Origin: Candidatus Moraniibacteriota bacterium
GTDB taxonomy: Bacteria; Patescibacteriota; Minisyncoccia; Moranbacterales; UBA1568
Direction: 5' to 3'
Length of the DNA: 64,000 nucleotides
Assembly (NCBI GenBank): GCA_037201605.1
Contig: JBBCGM010000002.1
Location: forward strand, 16,697 to 80,696
A program made the position numbers and the translations under genes. Below the pieces are notes generated by a model, which was not told the DNA's origin, ran no database searches, and saw only the letters and a program-made list of their open reading frames with translations. Positions 47,416 to 58,316 of the stretch are shown here, in pieces; position 1 is the first letter of the stretch; each line of letters starts with the position of its first letter.

Positions 47416-48357
47416 CTAGCGCACCCAGCGGTTGAGAGTGCGAAGCAAACGATAAAGCGCGTAGCGGAAAGGGTCAAGGACAATATCAAAAGTACCGGGG
47501 AAAATGGTGGCCGGGGTCTGGGGCGCGAAACCGCGCTTGAAGCGCGTAATACCCGCCCAGCCGGATCGGGTCTCTCCATCTTCGGCAATACCGCCCCAGT
47601 CGTAGCGGGTCATCCCGCGCCGCTTGGCCTCTTGGATCACCTCCCAATGCATGCGATACGGGGCCATGAGGGAGCGCTGTTCTTCACGCGTTCCGCCATG
47701 GAGATATGTGGCAGTACTACCGGAAAAACAGATGAGGCTCGCGGCAAGCGCCTGGCCCTGGTACTCAGCGAAAAAGAGTTCCGCCTGATCGCCGAAAGCA
47801 TCGAGAATGGTTTGGTAGTGTTCCTGAGGGTAGGTGCGCAGTCCTTTCAGGCCGGCAGTTGAACGAATAAGTTTGAAGAACAGTTCTACGTCTTTGGAGT
47901 CGCGCGAACGGCGCACCTCGATGCCATTCTTCTCGGCCAGGCGGATATTGTAACGGGTTTTCGACTTCATTTGGGAAAGAAGGAGCTCTTCGCTTGGCGA
48001 TATGTCCATGACAAGCGTCTGGACCGGTTGCACATTTTCCGGTGCCCGACGAAAATGCCGAGTGGCTACCTGAGCAAGGTGCGTACATTCGGCTTCCGTA
48101 ATAGGCTCGACCCGTACGAAAAAAGCTCCCGTCTGAATACCCAGTTTTTGAATATCCGGCCAAGCGAGGTCGTTCGTAACGTGCGGGCCGCGCGGAAAGT
48201 AGAGGGACTTTCCGACAAGAGGAAGCCGTTCCACGAACGCATTGCCCATGAATCCTCTTTCGGAAAAAGAAAAAGTCTTGCGCCCCAAAGCTGCTTGGAC
48301 ACGGACCCAGGCGTCCGTCTGTAAAAGATCTGGTTGTGCTACAGAGGAGAGACTCAT
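47416..48357 (-). CDS. FemAB-family peptidoglycan interpeptide-bridge aminoacyltransferase
   Basis: LQTDAWVRVQ..., FFAEYQGQALAASLICFSGSTATYLHGGT, APYRMHWEVIQEAKRRGMTRYDWGGI. Confidence 0.8.
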   Translation of the reverse strand: MSLSSVAQPDLLQTDAWVRVQAALGRKTFSFSERGFMGNAFVERLPLVGKSLYFPRGPHVTNDLAWPDIQKLGIQTGAFFVRVEPITEAECTHLAQVATRHFRRAPENVQPVQTLVMDISPSEELLLSQMKSKTRYNIRLAEKNGIEVRRSRDSKDVELFFKLIRSTAGLKGLRTYPQEHYQTILDAFGDQAELFFAEYQGQALAASLICFSGSTATYLHGGTREEQRSLMAPYRMHWEVIQEAKRRGMTRYDWGGIAEDGETRSGWAGITRFKRGFAPQTPATIFPGTFDIVLDPFRYALYRLLRTLNRWVR

Positions 48358-48929
48358 CGTTCTTTGCCCAAATTCTTGAGTGCTTGGCGGATACGGGCGC
48401 CGATGTCCGTGACATCTTTTGGCAGTTGTTTGAGCGCGTCTCGTGCCTGCGTAACCGAATACCCAAGCGCTGTCAGTGCATCCAAGGCATCGGCATCGCC
48501 TAAAGCGCTCTCTTCGCTCGAGAACTGCACGGCCTCGACTTTATTCTGAAGCTCAAGGATTACCCGCTCGGCCGTCTTCTTGCCGACACCGGAGACGCGC
48601 GTCAGGATGCTGGCATCCTGATTGGTAATCGCTACTTTGATAGTTTTGGGATCGGCGATCGAGAGGATGGAAAGGGCCACTTTCGGCCCGATACCTGAAA
48701 TGGAGATAAGGAGCTCGAACATGTGCAGCTCGTCTTCATCCAGGAAGCCATAGAGCAACAACGCATCCTCGCGTACGTGCGTATGGATAAAAAGAGTGGC
48801 TGTCTCAAGCCCTGCCAGGCGCCCCAGAGCATAGGTGGTAACGAATACATGGTAACCCACCCCCTGGACATCGAGGATAATGGCTGAGCCGCGTACAGAA
48901 GCTACGGAACCGGAAAGTCGTGCGATCAT
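48354..48929 (-). CDS. ruvA: Holliday junction DNA helicase subunit RuvA
   Basis: MIARLSGSV...VQGVGYHVFV...LYGFLDEDELHMFELLISISGIGPKVALSILS...VSGVGKKTAERVILEL. Intact. Confidence 0.9.
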   Translation of the reverse strand: MIARLSGSVASVRGSAIILDVQGVGYHVFVTTYALGRLAGLETATLFIHTHVREDALLLYGFLDEDELHMFELLISISGIGPKVALSILSIADPKTIKVAITNQDASILTRVSGVGKKTAERVILELQNKVEAVQFSSEESALGDADALDALTALGYSVTQARDALKQLPKDVTDIGARIRQALKNLGKER

Positions 48930-49052
48930 AGAAAATGAGTTCTTTGGCATTTTAGCACGAGATAGAAGGACCCTTGCCAAAGAGCTCGAAGCGTGCTAAA
49001 AAAAGATGGTCTCAGTTTCCCTTTGATTTTTGAATTTTCATCTCCGGTTACT

Positions 49053-49322
49053 ATGCCCATCAAGACATCAGCCAAGAAATACATGCGCCAGTCAGCCCGC
49101 CGCGCCCAGACGAACAAGATCGTCAAGGGTGTCGTCAAAAGCGCGGTCCGCAAGACCAAAGAAGCGGCACAGGCCGGCAACAAGAGCGAGGCTCAGGAAT
49201 GGTTCCAGAAGGCTCAGAAGTCGCTCGACAAAGCCGTCTCCAAGAACATCATGAAAAAGAATACGGCAGCCCGCAAAAAATCCCGCCTCTCGGCCATGGT
49301 GAAAGCAGCAGCCAGCAAATAA
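49053..49322 (+). CDS. rpsT: 30S ribosomal protein S20
   Basis: MPIKTSAKKYMRQSARRAQTNKIVKGVVKSAVRK... 89 aa and basic. Confidence 0.9.
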   Translation: MPIKTSAKKYMRQSARRAQTNKIVKGVVKSAVRKTKEAAQAGNKSEAQEWFQKAQKSLDKAVSKNIMKKNTAARKKSRLSAMVKAAASK

Positions 49323-49343
49323 AGGCATCCTTCCCAAAAGAAA

Positions 49344-49372
49344 AACTCCTCGCAAATGAGGAGTTTTTTTTA
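49344..49372. terminator. Bidirectional terminator between rpsT and holA
   Basis: AACTCCTC-gcaaat-GAGGAGTT followed by T8, with an A-run upstream. Confidence 0.65.
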
Positions 49373-49383
49373 TTTTTCAGATT

Positions 49384-50321
49384 CTAGAGTTTCCAAACAA
49401 AAAGGTCGAGGGCCGCGTATTCGTCGAGGGCTCCGCGCTTCAGATCGCGATCGTAGCGCGAGAGGAGCTTCAGACCCTGACGGGTCCGTTCCAAAGGAAA
49501 AGCGCTGATGATTTTGAGATTCTTGACTGCCACAAATGGAGCAATTCTCAGTTTACTGGCGATACGGGCTGGATCCTGTACCTTCCCATCATACAGCTCG
49601 CGAATGCTAAGCAGCTGACGCAGCTGCCAGGCAAGCAACCCGAATACAGGCAGTGCACTCTTTTTGAGACGGGCTGACTCGCGCAGTAAGGCACTCGCTT
49701 CAGGTCGCCTACCGGCAGCCAAAGCATCAAGCCCCAAGAAGATGCGATCGGTCTCCTCTGGGGCCACCAAAAGATCTATGTCTGCCACTTCTAAAGTTCG
49801 GCCGGCTCCAAAAAGAGCCAGTTTTTCAAGCTCGGAAAAAAAACGGGCCGGGTTGCTTCCAACGCGTTCCACCAAATGCCTTTTGGCGGAGAGACTCATG
49901 CTCGCGCCTTGATCCCCCTGCTTAAGACGAGCATCAATGCGCTTCTCGAGATCGGCCTGGGTCGGCAGCGTAATCTGGCGCGCCTGGTTTTGGCAGCAAG
50001 TGCCTTGAAGAGGCGCTCGTTTTTTTTAGGTTCGGCGGGCTCCAAAAAGAGGATGTCTGCATCGGTTTCCTGAGCTTCCAGGAAAGCGATGAGCGGCTCA
50101 CGGGCCGGGAGCGGAAGTGAGAAGGGCGAAATGACAACAAGCAGGCGGGCTTGGGAGAATAAGTCCGGGGCAGCTGCCGCTAAAAAGTCTTGAGGCGTAT
50201 CCTCTTCAAGATGAAAGCGGGTTACCCCGCCCTCCGGCTGAGCAGCCCGAAACGCTTCCTCGAGAGAGCGTCCGGCTTCCAGCACCAGAAAGCGATTTGG
50301 TCCGTAGAGAAATTGCATCAT
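49384..50321 (-). CDS. holA: DNA polymerase III delta subunit (one frameshift)
   Basis: MMQFLYGPNRFLV..., followed by ...ITLPTQADLEKRIDARL...LSAKRHLVERVGSNPARFFSELEKLALF, split between ORFs 49896..50351 and 49384..49899 near an A4 run. The family call rests on weak pattern similarity. Confidence 0.6.
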
Positions 50322-50398
50322 ATTCCCAGTGTAACATCGGCGGGCCGCCAAACAAAAAGCCCCCTAAAGGGGGCTCTTGGGAGCAAGCAGCTCTCTAC

Positions 50399-51556
50399 TT
50401 ACTGTGCTATCGGGGCTGGCTGAGTACCCATCGCTTGCTCGGTCCAGCGTAGGCCCTGGCCGGGCTCGAGCACTTCGACCCAGATCTGACCGGGTACGAA
50501 ATTAACTTCGTTACCGCTTTCATCAAAGAAGAAAAGTTTGCTTGCGATATCGCCCTTGTCTTTCTTCCACGTACCGCGTGTCTCCTTGCCGTTCATGTAG
50601 TAGTAGGTATCACCTGAATCAGAGTGATCGTACCAAGGATCACCCAGCTGCACGTTGTTGTACTGGCCCTCAATTTGTTCGGACTGAGCCATCATGACGA
50701 CGATATTCTTGGGCGAGACACGCTCCTGAGTATTGCGGTCCGTATCGGCTACCCCGCCCCAGATGCGATCGTAGGAGTTCTTCTCGCGATTGTAGTCATA
50801 CTCGGCGGCAAAAGGACCGGCATACGCAACGCGCAAACGTCCGCCAGCAGGACGCTGATCAAGGGCTGCTTCCGGAGCATGCTTGTAGCCGACAAATTTG
50901 TTTTCCATCCGATACTGGAAGTCGTTCTGCGCGCAGGTCAAGAGATCGGCAGGGCGCGCATAGCCCGAATCCACGCCGCGCGCGATGCCATCCTTGCGGA
51001 AACAGGGATTGACGGTGCAGGCATTGGCGGACTTACCGGCATCGCCATTGCAGTTGATGTTTTCAATTTCACCACGATCCAGAATGCCCTTAGCCAAGCC
51101 TACCGGGTCAGACTCGGAGTGCGATTCAGAACGGCCCCAGGAAACAAAGATGGCATCCAGGCCCTTGGCAAGTTGGATAAAATCGTGCCGGGCGCTTCGC
51201 ATTGAACCGACTTCCGGCGGCGTATTGCAGACATACAGAGCCATCAGGCGGGTAACCGAAGCGGTGATAACAGGCATTTCGATCACCATATCGGCCTGAG
51301 AGAAACCGGCGGCCGGACGCGCGGTGACATCGCCAGGCTGCATAACGGCGAGCGGTCGGCGATTCCAGTTATCACAGGCAATGCCGGAAATAGGGCTCAC
51401 CGGCCCTTCATTGACCGGGCCAGTCTGGACCGGAAGCTTGGAATTATCGATAGCGATCTGTCCGCGCTTTTCAGTCTTGCCGAAGAAAAACCACGCACCA
51501 GCACCTACAATGACCAGCGCGAGGATACCAAGAATCACTTTGTACTTTTTTTGCAT
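50399..51556 (-). CDS. DUF3048 domain-containing membrane-anchored protein
   Basis: N-terminal TM helix, then RRPLAVMQPGDVTARPAAGFSQADMVIEMPV...MALYV, typical of the DUF3048 (YerB-like) family. Confidence 0.7.
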   Translation of the reverse strand: MQKKYKVILGILALVIVGAGAWFFFGKTEKRGQIAIDNSKLPVQTGPVNEGPVSPISGIACDNWNRRPLAVMQPGDVTARPAAGFSQADMVIEMPVITASVTRLMALYVCNTPPEVGSMRSARHDFIQLAKGLDAIFVSWGRSESHSESDPVGLAKGILDRGEIENINCNGDAGKSANACTVNPCFRKDGIARGVDSGYARPADLLTCAQNDFQYRMENKFVGYKHAPEAALDQRPAGGRLRVAYAGPFAAEYDYNREKNSYDRIWGGVADTDRNTQERVSPKNIVVMMAQSEQIEGQYNNVQLGDPWYDHSDSGDTYYYMNGKETRGTWKKDKGDIASKLFFFDESGNEVNFVPGQIWVEVLEPGQGLRWTEQAMGTQPAPIAQ

Positions 51557-51560
51557 ACGA

Positions 51561-52412
51561 TTACTTTTGGCAGACGGGGCAGAAATAGACGCTCCGCTGT
51601 CCCATTTTTTTACGCTTCAGTATTGTACCACATTTCTTGCACGGCAGACCCTCGCGCCGATAGACATGCAGCGTCTTCTGAAATGTACCGGCGAGTCCGT
51701 CGGTATCGCGAAAATCGCCATCACTCGTCCCTCGCAATTTGACGGCCTGGCGCAGCACTCTGCGCAGACTCGCATAGAGCTTCTGCCATTCGGCACGTGA
51801 AAGCGAGTCAGTCAGGCGATCCGGTAAAATGCCTGCCAGAAACAGCCCTTCGCTTCGGTAGATATTGCCGATACCAGAAACGATGTGCTGCTCAAGAAGG
51901 AGTGGAGCAATGAGTCGATGGCCGCGCTTCTCGAAAAGTGCGCGGAATTTCTCTGCAGTAAGAGCGGGTGAAAGAGCATCAATACCCAAACTGGCAATGC
52001 TCGGGAGGGCCTCCACCACATCCGTCGGCAGAGCGCGCAGCCACCCGAACTTACGCATGTCGGAAAACTCGGCCGTCGTGCCGTCCGCAAAGGCCAGAAT
52101 ATGATGGATGTAGCCGTTCATGCGGTCTTCCGTAAAGGCTAGCTGCTTACGGTTCTTCTTTGTCTTGATGAGGAAGTGTCCGGTCATCTTGAGATGCGCC
52201 ACGATCGATCGTCCGTTGTCCAAATCAATGACCACGTGCTTGCCCAAACGACGCACTCCCTTCACGCGTGCGCCCTGCACTTCTTCAGAAAATGCCTTGA
52301 AACTCGGGTAGATTTTCTTCTGCCAATCGCTCCATACGCTTGCAATGCGCTTGCCGCTAATTTTCTTATCTAGTTGACTAACAACCGTTTGGACTTCAGG
52401 AAGTTCGGGCAT
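51561..52412 (-). CDS. mutM: Formamidopyrimidine-DNA glycosylase
   Basis: MPELPEV N-terminus, H2TH region, and C-terminal zinc finger CKKCGTILKRKKMGQRSVYFCPVCQ. Confidence 0.9.
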   Translation of the reverse strand: MPELPEVQTVVSQLDKKISGKRIASVWSDWQKKIYPSFKAFSEEVQGARVKGVRRLGKHVVIDLDNGRSIVAHLKMTGHFLIKTKKNRKQLAFTEDRMNGYIHHILAFADGTTAEFSDMRKFGWLRALPTDVVEALPSIASLGIDALSPALTAEKFRALFEKRGHRLIAPLLLEQHIVSGIGNIYRSEGLFLAGILPDRLTDSLSRAEWQKLYASLRRVLRQAVKLRGTSDGDFRDTDGLAGTFQKTLHVYRREGLPCKKCGTILKRKKMGQRSVYFCPVCQK

Positions 52413-52517
52413 AGGTCACAAAGAGAGTTCGATTCTTTCAGCTCAGTATAAACTATTGACAAAATATAAAAAATATGATTCTATAAATAATACCAGCAAC
52501 TTCTACAGGAGGTTTCG

Positions 52518-52919
52518 TTGCTTGTACAGCACATTACCCTCACCATACAATACGAGAAGCAAACCTTCCGTGCAGACCAACACGATCTTTCTGATGCCAT
52601 CAAGATAGCTGTTGAGAAACGCTCCTCCCGCCTGGCATTCGGAGGCCGAACGCACTGCGGGATGTCAAACATCGTTCTGGAACCCGAGGCGAAGCTGGTC
52701 AGCGGACATGGGATCGATCCTATCCCGCCGGCCCTTGAAAGTCTCCTAGAGTGTTTTCCTCTTGAGGAAGGCTTCCAGGCCCTCGATGTCTTCGCAGACG
52801 GCAGAGACGTGTTTATCGGCACCAGGGCGCACGGCATCGCGCTGCGGTGGGACGGAGACGACGTCCAGATTTATGGGACCGGAAAAGATTTGGAAAATGC
52901 GGGCTCAAGACCTCTGTAA
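52518..52919 (+). CDS. Hypothetical protein (TTG start)
   Basis: AGGAGG ribosome-binding site 5 nt upstream of the TTG, with a TTGACA-containing promoter-like AT-rich tract at about 52455-52485. I recognise no family. Confidence 0.4.
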   Translation: MLVQHITLTIQYEKQTFRADQHDLSDAIKIAVEKRSSRLAFGGRTHCGMSNIVLEPEAKLVSGHGIDPIPPALESLLECFPLEEGFQALDVFADGRDVFIGTRAHGIALRWDGDDVQIYGTGKDLENAGSRPL

Positions 52920-52958
52920 TTAGCAAAGCTAATACAAGTCTCGGGCTCTTTTTTATGC

Positions 52959-53420
52959 CTATTTCTTCAGAGAAAGGGTGGGGCGTGAGGGGTTTTTATC
53001 TCCCGCATTCGAAGCTTTCGCTTCGTCTCCATTCGGACTGTGAGACTTTTCCGAAGAACCATAATTGCTGGCTATCTGGCCATGGTCTTGCATTGATTTT
53101 GCAGAATCAATGATCTGGCGATGCACACGGTCGTTTTCCATTTCCCCCAGGGATATATTTTTTGAATCGATAATCGAACGCACAAGCTGCGATTCCTTAA
53201 GAAGCGTATCGGCGATCTCTTCATGCCCCAAAGAGAATGCGTACTCGCTCTGAGCCTGGAGTTGGACGAGGGCTTGTTCGAGAATCATCCGCTGAACGGG
53301 TGTTGTGAAAAGCTGCTGTTCGTCTTCTTCATACTGGCTCATCCACTGTTTGGCCAATTTCTCAATGACCCGATGCTCCATACCAACCACTACGCGAGGC
53401 ACGTCAGAAAATTTTCCCAT
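52959..53420 (-). CDS. Hypothetical protein
   Basis: 153-aa ORF that overlaps the upstream ORF by 31 nt. The two may be one gene split at a C5 run (about 53413-53417). Confidence 0.4.
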   Translation of the reverse strand: MGKFSDVPRVVVGMEHRVIEKLAKQWMSQYEEDEQQLFTTPVQRMILEQALVQLQAQSEYAFSLGHEEIADTLLKESQLVRSIIDSKNISLGEMENDRVHRQIIDSAKSMQDHGQIASNYGSSEKSHSPNGDEAKASNAGDKNPSRPTLSLKK

Positions 53421-54007
53421 AAAGCGGGGGTTGTTCTTGAGTGGAAGTACTTAATGGTAGCCAGATGACCCTCTCTGATTTCCTTTTTGATGCGACCAAA
53501 TTTTTTCTCGAGAGCGTTACCGCTAAAGGTGACATCAATCATGAGGCCCATAACGTTTTGGGGAATACGCCCATCGTCCCCGAACTCTGCCATGATGTCG
53601 ATTCCATTCACAAAATCATCATATTCGGCGGTTTTGATAGCGCGAGCCTGAGGAAACCATCCATACTTACTGATGCCTCGATAAATCAGTCCTTCTGCCA
53701 CGGAGGCTTTCATATGAACTATTTCCTGTTCTTCGGTTTCTTGAAGTCTGAATTTTTTCTTCAAGTCCTTGACCCTCATCATGTCAGCCTCGACTTCGGC
53801 GTCAGGATAAATACCCCCTCCTTGAGCACTCTGTCGAAAAGCATCCATATCGATAGCCTCGCGTTTAAAAATATCCTGGGTTCTCGTGTGAGCTTTCTCT
53901 ATAGCAGGAGAGAGTTTTTCCGCGCGACCCTGATCGCGCTCTACGTTACGGAGTATGGAATCTTCAAAAGACATATGGTTATTGATACTGATTAAATCTC
54001 TCCCCAA
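53390..54007 (-). CDS. Hypothetical protein
   Basis: 205-aa ORF whose start overlaps the polA stop region. I recognise no family. Confidence 0.4.
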   Translation of the reverse strand: MGRDLISINNHMSFEDSILRNVERDQGRAEKLSPAIEKAHTRTQDIFKREAIDMDAFRQSAQGGGIYPDAEVEADMMRVKDLKKKFRLQETEEQEIVHMKASVAEGLIYRGISKYGWFPQARAIKTAEYDDFVNGIDIMAEFGDDGRIPQNVMGLMIDVTFSGNALEKKFGRIKKEIREGHLATIKYFHSRTTPALWENFLTCLA

Positions 54008-56601
54008 TTCTTACCAATGGAAGCCTCTACCACTATCGGAACCGAAAGCGGATAAACTTCCTCCATTACGCGCTTGAGCTTTTGCGCAAAGACCGGCGCC
54101 AGATCTGTTTTTATTTCAAAAATAATTTCATCGTGCACCTGGAGTAGCTGGTACACTTCCCCCTCTTTGTATTCTTTCGCGAGCTGATCGGATGCAAGCA
54201 TGGCAAGTTTGACAATATCGGCCTCCAGTCCCTGAATCGGCATGTTAACGGCGATGCGCTCGCCGGCGCGTTCCACCTGTATGTTGCTACTCTGAATCTC
54301 AGGTATGAGACGACGGCGGCCTAGTTCGGTTTCCTGATAGCCCTGTTGTTTCGTCTCGCGGATGATCCGATCAATGTAGCGCTTGACGCCTTTGAATTTC
54401 CCGAAGTAGAGGTCGATGAATTCCTTCGCCTCTTTTTGATTGATGCCGGCTGCCTGTGAGAGGCCGAATGCTCCCATGCCGTACATGAGGCCGAAGTTAA
54501 AGACCTTGGCCTTGCGGCGCATATCGCTCGTGACGGCCTCCGGTTCCACTTTGAATACGACGCTTGCGGTCGTCTGATGTACATCCTCACCCTTGCGAAA
54601 GGCTTCTGCGAGGGCTTTGTCGCCTGACAGATGCGTCATGATACGCAGCTCCATCTGAGAGTAATCCGCTCCTACCAGCACGTAGCCAGGGCTTGCTTCG
54701 AAGGCGCTCCGCACCACTTCGCCCCACTTGCCGCGGATCGGAATATTCTGGAGATTCGGATCAAGGGAAGAGAGGCGGCCGGTCGCGGCGACTGTTTGGC
54801 TATAGGTCGTGTGGAGACGCGACTCTTTATCAGTCAGGAGTGGGAGAGCATCGAGATAGGTGGATTTCAGCTTGAAGAGTTCTCGGTATTCTTCGATTTT
54901 CTTGGCGACGGGGTATTCGGAGAGTTTTTGCAGTTCGCTCGAGGCCGTCGAATAGCCGCTTTTGGTACGCTTGATACCCTCCGTCGGCAGATGTAAGTCT
55001 TCAAATAAAATGACAGCGAGCTGCTTGGTTGAATTGATATTGAATTCGCGGCCGGCGATGCTATAGAGCTCTTGGGCGATGGCATCAAGCGTTTCGGCCA
55101 TGGCATCCGACATATCGCTAAACGTTTTTTTGTTGAGCAGTATGCCGCGGCGCTCCATGCCGAAGAGCACGGGAATGAGCGGCAGCTCAATATCGCGGAA
55201 AATGGTAGCGACCGTTTTCTCGCCTCCCTGCTCTTTAGAAACATCTTCAAGAAGCGCTGCGAGCTTCTGCCAACAAACAAACACACGGCTTCCCGGCGCT
55301 TCTTCGTCAACCTGCAGCTGCTCACACAGTCCCTCAAGCGTCTTCTCGCCTCCCGTCTGCACCAGGTAGGACGCAAGAGACGCATCAAACAGGATGCCAG
55401 TAAGACCTACGCCTTCGGCGGCCAAAAGATGCATGGCTCTTTTGGCGTCAAAGAAAACTTTCGTGCGCTCGGCATTTTCAAACCAGGGCGCCAGCGCTTT
55501 TTTTATTTCTTCGCTCCAAGGAATGCGATAGCTTTCACCAGGCATGGTGCACAGTTCAACGGCTTCAATCGAGTTGCCAAAAAGCGATTCGCCGGCCGGA
55601 GCCACAAAACAGGCTACCGGCTCATTGCTACTGAGTAACTTGAGAGAAAGCGCTTCTTTAACAGAGCTTATCTGTATCGCTTTCTTTTTCTTGGGCGCCT
55701 TGCGCGTTTTGCTTTTGGATGGCTCTTCCGCTATCGAGCCCGGCAAGCGCTTGAGGAGACTGTAGAATTCATACTGGCGCAAGAAGGGCTTCGGCGACGT
55801 TACGATCGTAGTCGTCGAGTTTGGCGGCGTCGAGCGAAAGGGTTACGGACACGTCGCACTTGATGGTCCCTAAATCGCGAGAAAGAAAGGCTTGGTCCTT
55901 GTCACGCTCCAGACGCTCGCGCAGTTTCGCCGGCACTTCGTCGAGGTGCCCATAAATGCCCTCCAAATTCCCAAAGCGCGCGATCAAATCCGTCGCGGTC
56001 TTGGGACCGACGCCCGTTACTCCTGGGATGTTGTCCGAGCTGTCGCCGGCAAGTCCTTTGTATTCCACCAGCTGCTTCGGAGTGAAACCGTATTTTTCTT
56101 CCACACCCGCTTCGTCATAAAGAACAGTGTCTTTAATGCCGCGGCGCATGGTAAATACCTTCGTGTGCGGGTTAACGAGCTGGAGCGTATCCGAGTCCCC
56201 TGTCACGATAATCGTTTCCACATCCAAACCTTCAGCCTGCTTGGCAAGCGTCCCCACGCAGTCATCGGCCTCAAAACCTTCTTTTTCGTAAATGGGAATA
56301 CCAAAAGCACTCACCAGTTCTTTCACGAGAGGGATCTGGCATAGAGATCATCCGGTGCCGCCACACGATGCGCCTTATAGTCCTCGTACATTTCGTCGCG
56401 GAACGTGCCGCCGGCCAAATCAAAGGTGGCAGCTACGTATTCGGGGTTTGAATTTCTCCAATACTGAGAGGAGGGTGAGTGCAAAACCATAGACCGCATG
56501 CACGGTAACGCCCTCCTTAGTCGTAAGCGGCGGCAGACCATGATAGGCCCGGTGAATGATGGCATTGCCATCCAGGAGGAGTAATTTTGGCTTATGCTTC
56601 A
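53992..56601 (-). CDS. polA: DNA polymerase I (three frameshifts as assembled)
   Basis: 5'-3' exonuclease region: LLLLDGNAIIHRAYHGL, FDLAGGTFRDEMYEDYKAHR, GFEADD. Polymerase domain: RLHTTYSQTVAATGRLSSLDPNLQNIP, DYSQMELRIM, KVFNFGLMYGM, QVHDEIIFE. The protein is spread over ORFs 56420..57094 (3' part), 56323..56571, 55769..56326 and 53992..55782. Confidence 0.9.
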
Positions 56602-57040
56602 TATTTTCCAGTATACTCTCTATCTTTTGACTTCGATGTAGCGCTCTCAGTACGATGTCTATACGCTTATCAGGCAACAGGCCATCAATGCGCTCCGGCC
56701 ACTCCAGAAGCACCAAACCTTCTGGATCGGTCGCCCACTCGGTAAAGCCCAGGTTTTCAAAATCCTTCGCTCCTACACGATAGGCGTCGGCATGATACAG
56801 GCGCTTGATGCCGGTCGGCGTCGGCGCATCCAGCTCGTAGAGCTTCATGATCGTAAACGTGGGACTCACAAATGGCGGCTTGGCCCCGAAACCCTCGAGC
56901 ACCCCTTGAATAAGGGTCGTTTTGCCCGCGCCTAAGTCGCCCCAAAAAGCTACCAGCCCAGGGTGAAAAGAGGAGGCGAGGCTCTGCCCGAAATCCCTAG
57001 TCTCTTCGGTTGTGTGGCTAGTGAATGTTTGCGTCTGCAT
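56602..57040 (-). CDS. tsaE: tRNA t6A biosynthesis ATPase TsaE (no stop codon before the polA ATG in this assembly)
   Basis: GDLGAGKTTLIQGVL, SPTFTIMKLYE, LYHADAYRV, LLEWPERI. The reading frame runs directly into MKHKPKLLLLDG of polA. Confidence 0.8.
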
Positions 57041-57138
57041 ATCCTTATTGTAGTGGAACTGCTCAGTCCGCGCGAGACGGCGTTTCATTGACACTCCTCT
57101 GGCGCTTTGGTACTTTGGACTATTCTATCAAGATTTCC

Positions 57139-58286
57139 ATGTCCCTTTCTTCCGGCCAACAATTCACGGAACTGCTCAAAAAAGCCACGCGGCCGGTTAT
57201 TCTCCTTCCCGCCTATCCATCAACCGATGCCCTGGCTACTGCCTTTGCCCTCGCCCATTTTCTCGAAGAGCAAAACAAGGAGCCGCTGGTCGCGGGTGAA
57301 ACGCTCCTCGAAGATCAGGCCCGTCTCGCTTTTCTTACCCCGCCGAAAGACCTAAAAAAGGCGCTCTCGGGCGTCCGGGATTTCGTGCTCGCCTTCAATA
57401 CCACCCGAAACGATATCGTGAGCGTCCGCACCGAACGCGACACGGAAGAATTCCGCATCCTGCTGACCCCCGAGCACGGGACCATCGACCCGCGCGATTT
57501 TTCGTTCATGCCGGCGCGCTTTACGTTTGATCTAGCTATCGTGATCGGTACTCCTGACAAAGAACACTTGGGAGGCATTTATGATCACAATCCGGATATT
57601 TTTTACGAGATGCCGATCATAAATATCGACCATGAAACGCAAAACGAGCTCTTCGGCCAACTGAATCTGGTTGATGTCAAAGCCTCGGCTGCGCGGAAAT
57701 CCTCGGGGAGCTCTTGCTGGAGCAATCCAAAAGCGGCCTAAGCGAAACGGTGGGCGAAGCGCTCCTGACCGGCATCATCGCCGCGACGGAAAGCTTTCAG
57801 AAAAAAAACACTACTCCGAAAGGGCTACGCGTCGCTTCCCAACTCATGCAGGCCGGGGCCGACCAGCAGAAAATCATCCGCGCCCTCTATAAAACACAAC
57901 CGCTCCATCTGCTCAAGCTTTGGGGCCGAGCCATGGCTCAAGTGAAATGGAACGAGGAACTGAAGCTCGTGTGGTCGCCCGTCACTCTCGAAGATTTGGT
58001 ACAGGCACGCGCCTCTTACGAAGATCTGCCGCTCGTCCTAGAAAAGATGCGCGCCAACTATGCCGCCGGCCAGCTGTTCGTAATTCTGACTCCGGAAGAC
58101 CAGACGGGTATCCAGGGACTCGCCAAGGCTGCCACTCCGGAACTTCTGGCAACTCTTGTTCCCCTCTTTCCGGAAAGCCGGCTGCTCGGGGACACGCTTC
58201 ATTTCCGTTTATCGGCACAAAGCCTCGATGCGGCTGAGGAAATGCTCTTCGAAAAACTGCTCCCAAGAAAGAAAACTGCCTCGTAG
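57139..58286 (+). CDS. DHH-family phosphoesterase (NrnA-like; one frameshift)
   Basis: DALATAFALAHFL, IVIGTPD, INIDHE, then after the shift near 57700 GEALLTGIIAATESFQ (the DHHA1 linker-type motif). Divergent from tsaE. Confidence 0.6.
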
Positions 58287-58316
58287 CAGTTTTTTTCTTA
58301 CTCCTCCTGAGCTACA

